NCBI RefSeq assembly: GCF_000002075.1
Contig: NW_004797536.1
Span: forward strand, 909,178-973,177
DNA: 64,000 nucleotides
Source of the DNA: Aplysia californica
Lineage: Eukaryota
Reading direction: 5' to 3'
Shown here: positions 35,140 through 48,801 of the stretch, piece after piece
How positions within the stretch are numbered: the first letter of the stretch is position 1
Layout of the letters: every line of letters begins with the position of its first letter
Program-made: the position numbers and the translations under genes
Notes under the pieces: generated by a model
Told to the model about the DNA's origin: nothing
Database searches by the model: none
The model's input: only the letters and a program-made list of their open reading frames with translations

Positions 35140-38100
35140 ATGGCTGGAGTACGGGGGATTTGTCAGTTTCATCTGCGTCGTTTTTCTACCCTCCAACTGT
35201 CCTCAAACAGGTGAGACCCGGCGTAGAAGTTCATGAAATGAACGTGATTTATTTTGGTCAGATCTTTTATATTTTAGATTCAGGTCGTTAGGCATGATAT
35301 CAGGTTTGATTGTAATTCTAATCTGTTGAGAGATGAAAGTGAAAGTAGAAAATTTTTAACTCTTTACCTGATGCCTGATGTAATCTATCGACTCTCGACT
35401 CGTCACTTGAGAAATTTCTTGTCACTGGTCAATTATCAATGATCAGTGATAGAGTCTAGATCTATATATCTAGTGCCGTAGCCAGTCTTAGTCGTAGATT
35501 TATATGGGGTGCCCATTTGGGGAATCGGGTTGAGTTGGGGTAGTTCGCTAGCCAGTAGCCAGATTGAGGCAGGGCACAAACTACAAACAAAGTGGCTATC
35601 GACAGTACTATTGTGGCAAGTCTAGATCTAGATTCTGGGCGATCGCGCCCGACTCATCGGCCCAAACTCAAAAATAAAAGCGTTTGTTTTCAGGTGACGA
35701 GGCAGGCGATCTTCCTGACCTGATCCCTCAATGGCAATATGGGCACCCCGTTTTATATTATAATTACGAGGCCATTATTATATTCAGAAAGTGGCTATCC
35801 TCACCCGCCCGGAAGTTCTCGGAAGATCAACTCCTCCCTTCTTCTCTCTCTCTCTGTCTCTTTCTGAATACTGTCTATCGGTGTGGACGATCAAATTGCT
35901 TGACCAAAACAAAGTTAAAATATGATGAACTTAAAATACAGTCTAATTTAATTAATTTGGTTGTCTACAAAGATGCTATGGCTATTTAACTTTTCGAATC
36001 GAGCCGAACTACGCAGGTCGCCATTTTGTTTTGCCCGGAAATTCTCGCGCTACTCCTCTCTCTCTTTCTCTCTCTCTCTCCACTGCCCACAGACAAAATT
36101 GTACGCTTTTAGTAGGCTACAGTTGTAATGGAAGGTTTGTTCACGGCACAGAATTCTACAATTTTTCTGTTATCACAGTGTAGAATTCTGTGGTTTAAGG
36201 TGAACGCAAAATTTGGTGAACGTGCAGCGGGTGAGAATAGCCACAAGACTCGCCTGCACTATTCTCACTCCGGGTGAGAATAGAGGTGGCCTTATTCATT
36301 ATATTAAATTAGCCCATGGAGGTGTCATCCCTTGATGAGTCGAGGGGGGGGGGGGAGTACAGTTTTTAGGTTTGTAAGTGCAATTGGGCTGTTGGATGAA
36401 CATGCCGTTAAACGTAGAACGGCGCATCTTCCTGATTGGCTGCTAATTTTAGTAATGTGATGTCATCACTTCCTGGGATACCCACAGACTATTTTAAGAA
36501 GGCTGTGGAGGTACCTCATGGAATGACGTGTGTTCGGTAGGTTAATAACATTTAGGAATTCCTAGTACTTGGACATGATGGAAGATAGCTTAGATCTTGA
36601 TTGTTGATGCTCAGAACACAGTAAGATTAAGAACGCTGATGCTTGAAATTGAAACACGGTAAACGCAAAGACAATAAACCGCACAAAAACTGCCGTAAAG
36701 ATGCTGGAGGATTAGATCTACCCCCCTCCCCCTCCTGCATGCTTCATCACTAATACATTTTTAAAAACTACAAAGCAACAAATTATAATTTATGGGACAA
36801 ACTGTTAGTCAGTCGGGAGGAGGAGAAGTGTTCTAGAAAAAAGAAAAAAACAAACTTCCGGGACCCGGATTCGATCCCACGCTCATAAAATAATTGCATG
36901 ATTTCAAACGCATTATAACGCTGTCCATTCGACCATCAGAACTTCCAACAGCGAGAGGTATATAAAGCCTGAATACAATGCATAGGACACTATCTTCTTT
37001 GGTGCCTTGCAGTTGGCTATATATATATTTAGATGTAGTCACGTGATCGGAGGGGTATCCTGGTCTCACGTCAAACAAAATGGCCGCCTTACCTAAAATT
37101 AGTTTGCGTCGTTCTACATTTAATTGCATGTGTTAGGTGACCAGTCATTTCATCACACCGGTGCGATCAAGATGTCACAGTCATCTCATCACACCCCAAA
37201 TCCACAAGTTTGAATGGAGACAGTCATTGCTTCGCACATCAGACAAACATTGTCATGACAATCGCAAATCACTATTTTTGGGGAGTGGGGTTGACATGCA
37301 TATATGGCTAAACATAGAATGACGCACCTGCCTGATTGGCTGCTTATTTTAGTATTGTGATGTCTTCACATCCTGGGATAGCCAGTGACTATTTTTAGAA
37401 GGCTGTGGAGATACCAATTTGATTTAAAGATTCTCTACTGCACGATCTTTGGAGATACCGCGTGGAACGACATGTTGGGTCAGTGGCTTGATGTATTATC
37501 CATATCGATGTGTTTCCCACGTTAAATCTTCACACTTGCGGCTAACTGCAGCCCATCAGCCATGCTCTAATTGGTTAAAAGTTACAAGGTTTCTGGTATG
37601 TTAATAACATTTTGGAATTCCGGTACTTGGACATGATCGAAGATCGCTTAGATCGTTGATGCTCAGAACAGTAAGAACGCTGATGCTTGAAATTGAAACA
37701 CGGTAAACGCAAAGACAATTTAAGCGCATGAAAACTGCCGTAAAGACGCCGAAGGATTCTTCCCCCCCCCCCCCCCCCCAAAAAAAAAAACCTACAAAGC
37801 AACAAATTATAATTTATGAGGAAAATTACTGTTGGTCAGTTGGAAGGAGTAGAAGAGAGAGAAAAAAATCTTGTGGGATGGGGATTCGTTCCCACGCTTA
37901 TAAAATAACTGTATGACTTCAAACTCAGACACGCTGTCCATTTGGCCATCAGAACTTCCACCACCAGCGAAAGGTAGATTGAGCTTGATATTTAAATAGA
38001 CACTTCCATCTTTGGTACCATGCGGTGGGCTGTATTTAGATGTAGTCATGTGATCGGAGGGGTATCCCGGTCTGACGTCAAACAAGATGGCCGCCTTACC

Positions 38101-41100
38101 TAAAAAAAAGTTTGCGTTGTTCTACGTTAAGTCGCATGTGTGGGGTGGGGTTGGGTGGTGTGTGGAAGGGGGAGGGGTGTGCGAGTGGTCATGCCAACCT
38201 GATCAGATACACACACCATTCATAACTGGGTAAGTTTTGTTGAGTTGGGGGGGTTTTTTGGTGAAAGGGGTGGGGGGTAGTTTTACGGTTAATTTACTTT
38301 AAAACGAGAAGGCACGGCTCAACGATTACATGCTTGAATTGATGATTTAGAATAAAGACTGCTGACGCTGGTCCTCCAAAATCCTACTAGCATAATTTTG
38401 GAGAGACTAGCGAGGTCATTTCGTCACACATAATTTGGGTGTGATGAAATGACCAGTTTCTTGGCTGTTGATCTAGTAAAAAATATAGTTCAGTTGGTGT
38501 ACTGGTGAACCTGGTCTTAATCTTAGTCTTACTACTGTCTTACTCTCACGAACTTTTAAGTCACTATTCACTATGTCACAACTCGAACATAGTCACATCA
38601 CAGTGTTTTAGCAGCAAAATCAGGGTTTAGAATTAATTAAGATCAATTTTATTTCTTCAGATTTTCATATATTTATTTATATAGGTTTTCATCAAAATGT
38701 GAGCCGTTGTATCGACAGTATTGTCGGAGGAAGTAAGCAGTTGATTTCCGTGGTACTTCCTTATATTTTTCTTCTCTCCCTCTATTGTTCACTGGTCTTT
38801 TTTGTCTTTTTTAGTCTTTTTTTTATGGCAACAGGCTTCTATAAGCAACCATATTATCCACTTCTCAGCTTTGATAAAACCTCTTCTCTAGAGATGTCCC
38901 AATTACTTGTGTGTGCATAAAATCATGAAAGTCGGATTTATAATTTATTCAGACATGTGGCCATTTTGGGGCCATCAGCCTCAGGGTACACTGGTGCACA
39001 CTCAAACCAGCCAACAAAACCAAGTCGTTCTTACGTCACCTGGCTCAAGCAGAAGCAGCTGGACAATAAGCTGTTGCGGAGAATCTCAGTCCCACAGATT
39101 TTGATACAAGGTGAGTGCCACCCTTGAGACTACTCTATTTCTCTATCGTGGAGTCCAGGCTTCCCATTCCAGTCAAAAAGTGTTCATAGTCACTTTGAAC
39201 GCTCAAAAACTTTAGGAAGTGGATGACATACACATGTACACTACAGTGGACTACTGTAAATTGAGAATGGCTTCTCCTTTAACATAAAAAGGTTTTTTTC
39301 CCTTTAATTGAGATAAATTGCAGTCTAGTTAAAATGTAAGATGTCTCTCCTTGTTGAAAATCTCAGTGACTTTAAAAAAAAATTAGTCTCTGACTCAAAT
39401 TTTACCATTTCAATGAACACTCATAAATTTAGGTTTTGTTGTACTTGGCACATGTTTCTAAAATAACGACTGAAAGTTAATCTTGAAAGTCTTTGGTGTT
39501 TTTCACTTGGATTTGAGACAGCTAAAAGGAATGAGAATAATTTAAAAGCAATTCAAACAAAAATCATTAAAAACGTTGGACAAAGTTTTATTGTCACATA
39601 TAGGTATTCAGTGTGTATGCATAAATGTTCAGTATGATTTGTTTCATTTTCTGTTTGGTTAATGTGTTCCTAAAATGTATGCATGCATGGTTCATTTTGT
39701 CGACAAGGAAGGGGATGTTGGTTGGAACTTAATCTGGATCTCCCTATGTGTTTCTCCCAGCACGTTCAATGTTCATCCAGACCCAAGATACTCCCAACCC
39801 TAACAGTCTCAAGTTTCTGCCTGGTGTGGAAGTTTTGGAGAGTGGAACCTTCGACTTCCCCAACCCCCAGTCGGCCCACTGTTCTCCTCTAGCAAAGTGA
39901 GAAGAGTTTGATGAAACTTTTTCATGTTCATTACAGTTGTGTGTTGGTTGTTTCTATCCTTAATAAAAGTCATGCTTTGTAGTTGTAGTAAAAGCTTTTT
40001 GGGACAATTCCTCATTATTGTAAGTACCTGCATGTCAATACTGTAACCTAAATGGCATGGGCCAGATTACCGGTGTAACTAAAGTTTGATGCGACCAGGA
40101 ATTGTTTTATGTCTTTACAATGTTGTGTGGTGGCCTAGTTTGGTAACTGATCTTTCCTTCCTTTTCTCCTACAGAATGCTGTTCCGCATTGACGGTGTCC
40201 GAGGTGTTTTCTTTGCAAAAGATTCTGTTACAGTAACAAAAGTAAGTCCAGGGTGGTTGGATTAGTTTTAGTTTTAGTAGAGGTTTTACAGCGCTCGCAA
40301 CTGCATGAGGTCATATGAGCGTCAGAAGATTAGAGGTGTTACAAGAGAGTAACAAACATTTAAAAAAAGAAGGGGAGATAATAACGATAAATGTTTCATA
40401 GGAAAGAAGAAGCAAACCACACCAGAGCACCCCCGCCAAACACCCACCGAGTGGTTGGATAAAAAGATTTTTGGGAAGGGACAATTACAAAAAGTAAGTT
40501 TTGAAGAGTGTCGAATAGATTTTTGGGGAGGGGATATTTTTCAATGCCCTGAATGGGAAGAAGTTTTTGCTGTGAAAGCACTGAAAGTAATTTGTTTGAT
40601 ATAACTTGTATCATGTTTCCAGAAGAGTCTGTGTTTTACCGCCCATTTAAGCGGGTGAGGATTTGTAGTGCCAAACGTGGAACTAGAGTACACAAGCCAG
40701 TCTCTTCCACCTCATAGTCCTGTTGTCCTCTGATGACAAGTAATGTTGATGATGACCTGATGAGCACTGTCTGTGGCTAGCCTTATTTTGGGGTCAATTT
40801 TAGATGTTGTGTAATTATTAATACATTTGTGTTTATTATTGTTTGTGTTTATTGTCTATTTTTATGATAGGCTCAGCTCAACCTGTAATGGACACTGAGA
40901 GTGAAAAGGGTCAAATTTTGGGCTCTGTGAGTCGTTGAAGGAATGTAACCTTAATGTACTGTCTATGTCAGTCTCTGTGTTGTATGTCTCCAGTGTTGTG
41001 TTGGCAAAACTGTACATCTCACACTTTTTGTTTTGGTAGAGGTTTTTTGGCGCTCGTAACTGCATACGGTCATATGAGCGTTAAGGGGTGGATGTCTAAA

Positions 41101-44100
41101 GAGAAGTCTTTACAGGGAATCAGACTTACTTTGCTCACCTCTCTAGCTTCAACAGCGTAAAGTCTGCTTCGACTATCAAGGCACCCCGGAAATAGCAAGT
41201 CACAAGAGTGTGACAAACATACAAAAGAAGTAGAGGAAAAGTGACGATAGTAAAGATTAGGAAAGGAAAAGCAGCAGTTCCCTGTTGCAGGTTCAGGCAC
41301 AGTTATGAGCATGACATCGATGAATCGGCCCATTTACAATTCTACTGTGCATAAGAACTGGTTAATGTCCCCCCTTTGGGAATGGCCTTAAGACACTTCC
41401 GTCAGTAGCACCACCCCTCTGACACTCTAGTGCTTTTCTTTCATTGAAGTGAATGTTTGTATTTTATTTGCTGATGATCTGTTGATTATTGTGGAAATAT
41501 CCTCAGGCGGATGATGACTCAGACTGGGCGCTCCTCAAACCCGAGATTTTTGCTGTGATCATGGATTTTTTCGCCAGTGGCCTTCCTGTGCTGACCGACG
41601 AGAAACCTGCGGGTGATACTGGTAAAGAGTGTGTTTTTGGGGGGGTGGGGGGGGAGAACAGATAAAGGGAGGGATGGGGAGTGGTGGGGTAAAGGGATAA
41701 TGGTGTGAGGGAGGGGGGGGCAATGGGTTACGTGGGATTAGGGGTTTAAAATGGAGTCGGAAAGACAAGTTAAGTCATTTCAAGGCCAGCTTGACCTCTT
41801 TGACCCTGTGTGTACACGTCCCTAAAATAAGCACCTGTCTCCATCTTTGTGGACGCCTGGTGTAGGAAATGTCCTCTAAAGGACTGACCACTATTAACCA
41901 GTTCTGAGCCTCATGGTGTCTGTGGTTTTAACGCAAAAGTCATATGTCATTTACGTTGTATTTTGTAATTAGAGAGTACTAGGGATTTCTCAAGATAGCA
42001 ATATTTGTGCCACTCTCTGCAACCCCTGATCTTTCTAAAATGACCAGCTATCTTTACGCTTGAGTCCAATGCTCAAATTTCAAGTGATTTTTTTCAAATC
42101 TCACTTACAGCGCTTTTCTCAGTTCATCCAATTTCATGAAATGATAATGTGGATTGTTTGTGGTTGCTTTGGTGTGATTTGCTCCTTCTTTCTTATCAAA
42201 TATCTTTTGTCCTTTTTTGTGTTAGTTACTCTCTTGTAACACCTCTAATCTTTGGCACTTATATGACCTAACTGTGTTGCAATGTCTGTAAAACTCTTAC
42301 TAAAATTAAATTAAACTAAAGTGATGGCTTCAGTTGTGTGTGCGTATTTGGAGCTCTGTCACTGTGATGGTTCAATGGGAAATACCATACTTGCAATGGT
42401 CATATGAAGTGTGTGTATGTGTTGACTTGTGAAGTGTGTGTGTGTGTTCAGGTGTGTTTTGACATGTGAAATGTGTATGTCCAGATGTGAAATGTATGTG
42501 TGCATGGATATGTGAAATGTGTGTGTCATGTTTTCCAGTGATTGACGATGATGACGATGAGACGGTGGCCCTCATTAAGGAGCTGTTGGATACACGCATC
42601 AGACCAACGGTTCAGGAAGATGGAGGGGACATCATTTACATTGTGAGATATTGCCCTTTTTGTCTGTGTCATTTCTGGGGACATCAGTGAACTACTGATA
42701 TGGCACGTTTAAAACCAAGGTGCAAGAATCATGTCTAAAAGGAGGAAAAACAGCCATATCATCAGTATTTTTATAAAACTCCATTGGCTCCCAACCAGAA
42801 TTTCTACAGTATCGATGTCCTTTGCCATAAATGTTCTAACAATAAAGCTCCCTCATATTTAAACAACAGCACTTAAATGTAGTTCCACCAAGATCTCTAA
42901 GATCGGGAGATCAGTCTCTTATGAGAGCACCTAGGATGAGAAGTCAAAAACTCAGTCGGAGGTCCTTTTCTCATCTAGCTCCATCTGTCTGGAGCTCTCT
43001 CCCGCAATGTTTGCGGGATTCAAAGTCAGAGGCCAAATTTAAAATTCATTTAAAAACTTATCTTATGAAATGCCATCTAGACCGTTAATCCTTCATTCTT
43101 CTTATTCATAGTACTTCTATGTTCATAATGTGATGTGCATATATTATGTGCTGTTTCATTGTAGTGAAATCAGGAGCTCATCAAAATAATGGTATGGAAG
43201 AAACCGACATTTTTTCACCTGCTGAGCAATTTTTATTGAATTTTTTTATTTGGAGTTCAATGCTTTTTATTTTTATTTTAAAACACATTCGTGGGGGAAT
43301 TTTACTCAAAAGAGTTAGTCAAAGGTACAGAAAATGTGAATTTGCTGTTTCCAAGGACTCGCGAAGTTACCATACTATGGCAGTCGTTTTCTCACTAATT
43401 TTACCTCTCACACTAGGCGACCCCCACCGCCTTCAATTGCTATTTTAGGATTTCTATTCAAGATTGAGAAGTATTTTTCCCTCAAAAGGAAGACAAATGA
43501 ACAAGCTTAATGGTGATGCCAGTTACTCGTTGGGCCCTAATATTGATGAGCTGCTGATTCCACCGTATTGTGACACATATCGTCATCAATTGTGCTGTGA
43601 TAGTTTAATCAATACACATTCATCATCATCGTTGCCTTTCTCACCCTGCATTAGGGTAAAGGCCATCAACAGTCACTTTCCACCTTTCTCTATCCTGGGC
43701 TTGCCTCTTGACGTTATTCCTTGTCTGCACACTTTTCTGTTCCTGCTATGAATTCTCAATAGTGTTAATCTAAAAAGCGTATGTATGTAAGCATGTTCAT
43801 TCAAATATGTCTTGTGTTGAGATGAATTTATGTAATGTAAATCATCTAGAGCTGTATTGGGGAGAATTTTGAGCTACAGGCTGAAATCACTTTTTTGACC
43901 AAAATGTGTTTCCATAAAAAAACGATAGTTCCACCATTTTTTAACAATGTGTTAAAAAAAGGTTTTCATTGATTTGACTTCTAAATATTTTATTTTGAAT
44001 AATTTTGAGACTATGGTATTTTTTAAAGATATAACGAAAACTGCTTTTAGAAAGTGTTAAAATCTATTCTTGAAGCACATTTTCTCTTCCCCACTATGTT

Positions 44101-45679
44101 TTACCATTGAATTCTAATCATGATATTGATGTAAACTGAATGCCAAGTTGGAAATGAATTTTCCATGAAAAAAATACATTAGAAACAATTGAATCATTGT
44201 TTTTTTTAAGTTTGTAAGTGTCATAAACTTAAAAGCTAATTTTCTCAAAATTAGGTCTTTACACCCCTACTGCACAAAATGTGCAATATCTCAAAAACTA
44301 CCAGTATTTGAGATATCTCGAAAATTCAAAAACCACTTTGTTCAGCTATGAATTTTCTATAAGGTGCTACCCTTAATTCAAAATGGTCAAAATCTGACTT
44401 TTTGTACCTTTCTTTAGGCACACACACATCAATGCATTATTATTATTATCATTATTACCTGAAGTCTTTTTTAGTGAATGCATTGCCAGGCTCACTGTGT
44501 GACTTTTTTTCTCAAAGAAAAGTTTTTATACATATACATTTATACATAATATTATGTTGTACATACACACGTCCTTTTAACTTTTTTAAATGTGATATTA
44601 ATGTAATGCACATTGAGCATTTTTTAGAAAATGGAAATGTGCAGCATAAATACTCTTTATTATTATTATTGTTTTCATTATCATAACTTTGTGTCCAGGG
44701 TTTCCAAGATGGCATTGTTCGGCTCAAGATGCAGGGCTCGTGCAGCAGCTGTCCCAGCTCGGTGGTGACCTTGAAGCATGGCGTCCAGAACATGCTGCAG
44801 TTCTACATCCCCGAGGTGGAGGGGGTGGAGCAGGTACAGTGTCACGTGTGTGTGTTTGTCTGTGTGTGTGGGTGTTTGTGGGTGTATGTCTGTGTTTGTG
44901 GGTGTTTATGTGTGTATGTCTGTGTTTATGTGGGTGTTTGTGTGTGTATGTCTGTGTTTGTGTGTGTGTATGTCTGTGTTTGTGTGTGTATGTCTGTGTT
45001 TGTGTGGGTGTATGTTTGTGGGTGGGTGGGTGTGTGTGTACAATGTGACTAACAGAAAAGTTGGTTTGAGGATGTCTGTTGGAGGGGAGGCAGGTGAGGA
45101 GATTTTGGGAGAAATGACTGGATATTTTTTATTTGATTTTTTTTTTGGGGGGGGTTTACTGCGCTTGCAACTGCATATGGTCATATTAGTGCATTGGACA
45201 CACCAAACATTTTTAGTTGGTAGGAAATTTTGAATTTTGCACGGGTGGCGGTATCCTACACTAATCGATTTTGGACTGCCAAGGGATCTTTAACGTATGC
45301 AACTTGCACACAGGAGATTGGATTTGAGAAGAACTGATATAATGGATACCACATGTGTGTTTGCCTGAAGAAAGGTACCAAAAGTCGGATTTTGACCATT
45401 TTGAACAAGTTAAGGGCTGAACCACAAAGGAGATTCAGTACAGAACACAGTGGGTTTTTTTAATTTTTGAGGTATCTCAATTAGTTTTTTTAGATATTGT
45501 ACTTTTTGTGAGGTAGGGTGTAAAGATATCATTTTAAGAAAATGAGCTTCTAAGTTTAGATCACATATACAAACTGATTATTTCTTGCCGTATTTATTTC
45601 GTAGGTGGTTGATGAGGTGGAGGCGTTGTCCAATGAAGAATTCCGCAAACTGGAGGACCAGCTGTCCAAGAAGTCTTGA
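35140..45679 (+). CDS. NFU1: NFU1 iron-sulfur cluster scaffold, mitochondrial (286 aa)
   Basis: Exons 35140-35210, 38953-39110, 39761-39896, 40175-40241, 41507-41621, 42539-42642, 44699-44833, 45605-45679 (861 nt). [49 protein letters not shown] (CxxC); Arg-rich presequence; AATAAA at 45910. Confidence 0.97.
36399..38140 (+). mobile_element. Two direct copies (36399-37132, 37293-38140) of the CAC...GTG-ended DNA element in NFU1 intron 1
   Basis: ~27-bp TIR ACATGCCGTTAAACGTAGAACGGCGCA / TGCGTCGTTCTACATTTAATTGCATGTG; bodies align by eye. Confidence 0.8.
42700..43140 (+). mobile_element. L2-clade LINE 3' fragment; its probable tail lies at ~44600-44675 after nested insertions
   Basis: [47 protein letters not shown]. 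Confidence 0.8.
43855..44413. mobile_element. AT-rich DNA-element fragment; inverted partial copy at 45369-45578
   Basis: 44205-44413 is reverse-complementary to 45369-45578. Confidence 0.7.
44840..45040. repeat. Degenerate (GT)n microsatellite
   Basis: Directly visible. Confidence 0.95.
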
Positions 45680-48600
45680 GCTTTGGGCGTCTGCTCCGAC
45701 TTGTCGTGTTGTTCCCTGGATGAAGAGGACGCGGTGCAGTCTCAAGAAGAACAAGTTCTCCACACGTTAAAACCAGAAGTTCACTAGCAAAGTTTTGTAC
45801 TCACCCTGGGTCGCAGGCTCAAACCAAGCCCAGAGTTGTTCTTGCGACGGCGATGATGTTCCTTAATTTATCTTTGTCCTCCCTTCCCTAAGCTTCGAGT
45901 ACTTTGGTCAATAAAAATGTTTTAGGCCTGCCTCTGAGAAACCTGCGCTCTTAGATTTGTAAATATATATGTACATGTTCAGTTATGTATAATTTTGTTT
46001 GATATACTCAAGATGAAAAGAATGTCTGTGAAGAAAAGGGGAAAAAATAAAAAATCTTGTCAGCTACACTGCTGTGTTTATTTCCGTCATTTTGTCAGCG
46101 TGTGTTCGTCTGGCAGGACTTTTGTTGATTGTGTAAGAAGAATGCTTCAGATTTGTAGATGGGTAGTTGGTGGATGCTCTGGTGTGGTTTGCCCTTTTTT
46201 TTCTTATCAAACATCTATCATCCTTACCTTTCCTCCTCCTTTTTTGCTTTTGTTACTCTCTTCAGCACTTATATGACTGTATTGTGTTGCAAGTGCCGTA
46301 AAACACATACTAAACCAAAAAGACATGTGCAGGTTCAATTCTATTGTGAACCAAAATATGTTGACATGTAGCCAGGTAGTACCAATAGCTCAAAGCTCAC
46401 ACCAGATTTCCAATGCATGGCATATTTCCTTTCAGTGCCATGATATCATGCCCGTTGTATACCTACGCGAGCCTGTTGTATATATGTGAAGCTTATTGTT
46501 TATTTATGCGACGCCTCCTGTATATACAGTACATATCTTTGCTCCAGTGTCACCATATTGCTCACTGACTGTTCAGTGAATGTGCAGTATTTAGGTCGAA
46601 GCTTTCAAATCAGATTCGCAACACACAAGGTGACCATGATGATAGATAACTTAGTTATCAATCGAAATAAACTACAAAAACGTTCACTAAGGTTTAAATA
46701 TCGCATCAAGTCAGGTTCATGAAAAAACGCTTTGCCTCTTTAGATACGCTGATTTCAAAACTGAAGTCTGTTTTAGCTATGGCAATTATTTTTAAAAATT
46801 TGCACGCTACGTTTAATCTAACACAGCATCAAATTTCAAAGGGATTTTGCATTCCAACTCATTCCTCCCGAATCTGACCTTGATCACAAACATATCAGGC
46901 ACCACTTGATTTCTCAACCTTTTCTCTTCTCCATCATCCAATTTTATTACAATTTTGTGGTTACACGTAACAATTTGTCTCAACCCTTCTAGAGGCAAAT
47001 TAATTTGCCCTGTCTGGTCCCCCGGAGGCGAATTAATTTGAAAACTTCATGAAAATTAGGATGGGTCAAGAAAAATGCTTATAGCTTCCTTATTTTTCAT
47101 GAAAGAAATAGGAACTAAACATCATTGAACTGGAAACTGAGTGAAAAAAAAACACAACATAAAAATTTTCAAAACAGTCTTTGCCTGTGTGTTAGTCCTG
47201 AAGTTGTAGTGTCAAATTTCCCCTAGTTGTAGTGTGGGTGATACAGTTCAATTAAGCAGCCAGGAACACAGACAGGGCTATATATAATATATATACCATA
47301 CCTCACACTTTTTGCTTTGAAATGCAGTCTGTTTCCTCTTGAATCACTACTATCCCCATAAAATGCGTTGAACAGGTTGCAAACATTCATAATTGCAGCT
47401 ATTTCACATTTGATTTTGATTACTGCCTCAGTAACTGATGTAAACAAATTCCTAGACTTCGTTTTCTATTCCAATTCTGGGTCTAGATTCTTGTTTGGGG
47501 CAGTGAATGCTCGGAAAATCTTCCTTGAAAAGAGTTTAACTTAGTTTAAACCATTTCTGATGATTCCATACACAAAATCAGGTCTCAAGTGCCCGTGTTC
47601 TCGATAACCTCGGAGGAACAGTCACGGCATCGCAACTTTAGTCGTGATAACCTCGCAATGGGTGAAGCCAGTCTTAAGACAAGGGCAATGATAATATAAA
47701 TGATGTCTGTACATATTCATGATGCCAATACAGATAATAAAGTCTAACAGCTAGCAGACAAGACAAATAACAGGAGAACAATCCAAAAGATTTGACTTCA
47801 AAAAACGTATCTAATTTATTGACAATTTTTCCAGCATTGATGATTGGGAATGGATGAGAAGCAAATGGAAGGAAGAATTTCTCTCCTTATAATTATAATA
47901 TAGGGGCAATTATTTTCTTAAATAAAAACTGAATTCTACAACATGTTCTTGTCATGTTCAGCATCGTGCATATATATGTTTGTCACTAGACATAAGAATC
48001 TGAAAAATATCATATCTGAACATTCTTGATAAAACATATATTTTAAAGATTTTTATACATAAAATGCGAAAGTGTTACCAGCATAACAAACACCTCATAA
48101 TGAAGGTGAAAATAAAAAGCACAAGATCTAGCGTGTAGATGAATTGACAGAAAGAAAACTGATGACATCACAAGAGAGATTCTACCACCAATGTGTGTGG
48201 TCTGTGTAGTTTCCGCACACACATAGTGTGTCAAACCAACACGTGTAGTCTTTGTGTGGTCTCCGTAGGCTCACATAGTGTGTCAAACCAACACGTGTAG
48301 TCTTTGTGTTGTCTCTGCAGGCACAGATAGTGTGTCACTGACCAGCCAGAGTCTCAACATTGCACTTGACAACTCTCCTTAGCTTGTTTTTGTTGAATTT
48401 AAAAAAGGGGGAATTGGGGTGGGGGTTGTGATACATGTAGATATCTATCTATTTGTTTATATACACTTATCTGTAAATATCTCTGTAGGGCGGACACAGC
48501 CGTGCACACTCTGGAATGATTTCTCGATAAGGCACGGGTTTGTGCATTCTCACAATATGAATAATGTGGTGACCACAGAAACAATATAGAAACAATATGC

Positions 48601-48801
48601 TACAATTTAGGACAATAATGGCGGCAGAAACAAAGTCAAAGCAACAGAAACAGTTATGCTACATATAGCACATAGTGACAGTAACATATAGGACATAGCG
48701 ACAAAAACGGTCATGTTACATTGATATTCAGCACATAGTGACAGAAACATATAAGACATAGCAACAAGAGACAATCAACGCTACATACATGTACTACATA
48801 T

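Noticed and set aside
40725-40770. Box C/D snoRNA in NFU1 intron 4
   Set aside because: TGATGA and CTGA are too close and no terminal stem is evident.
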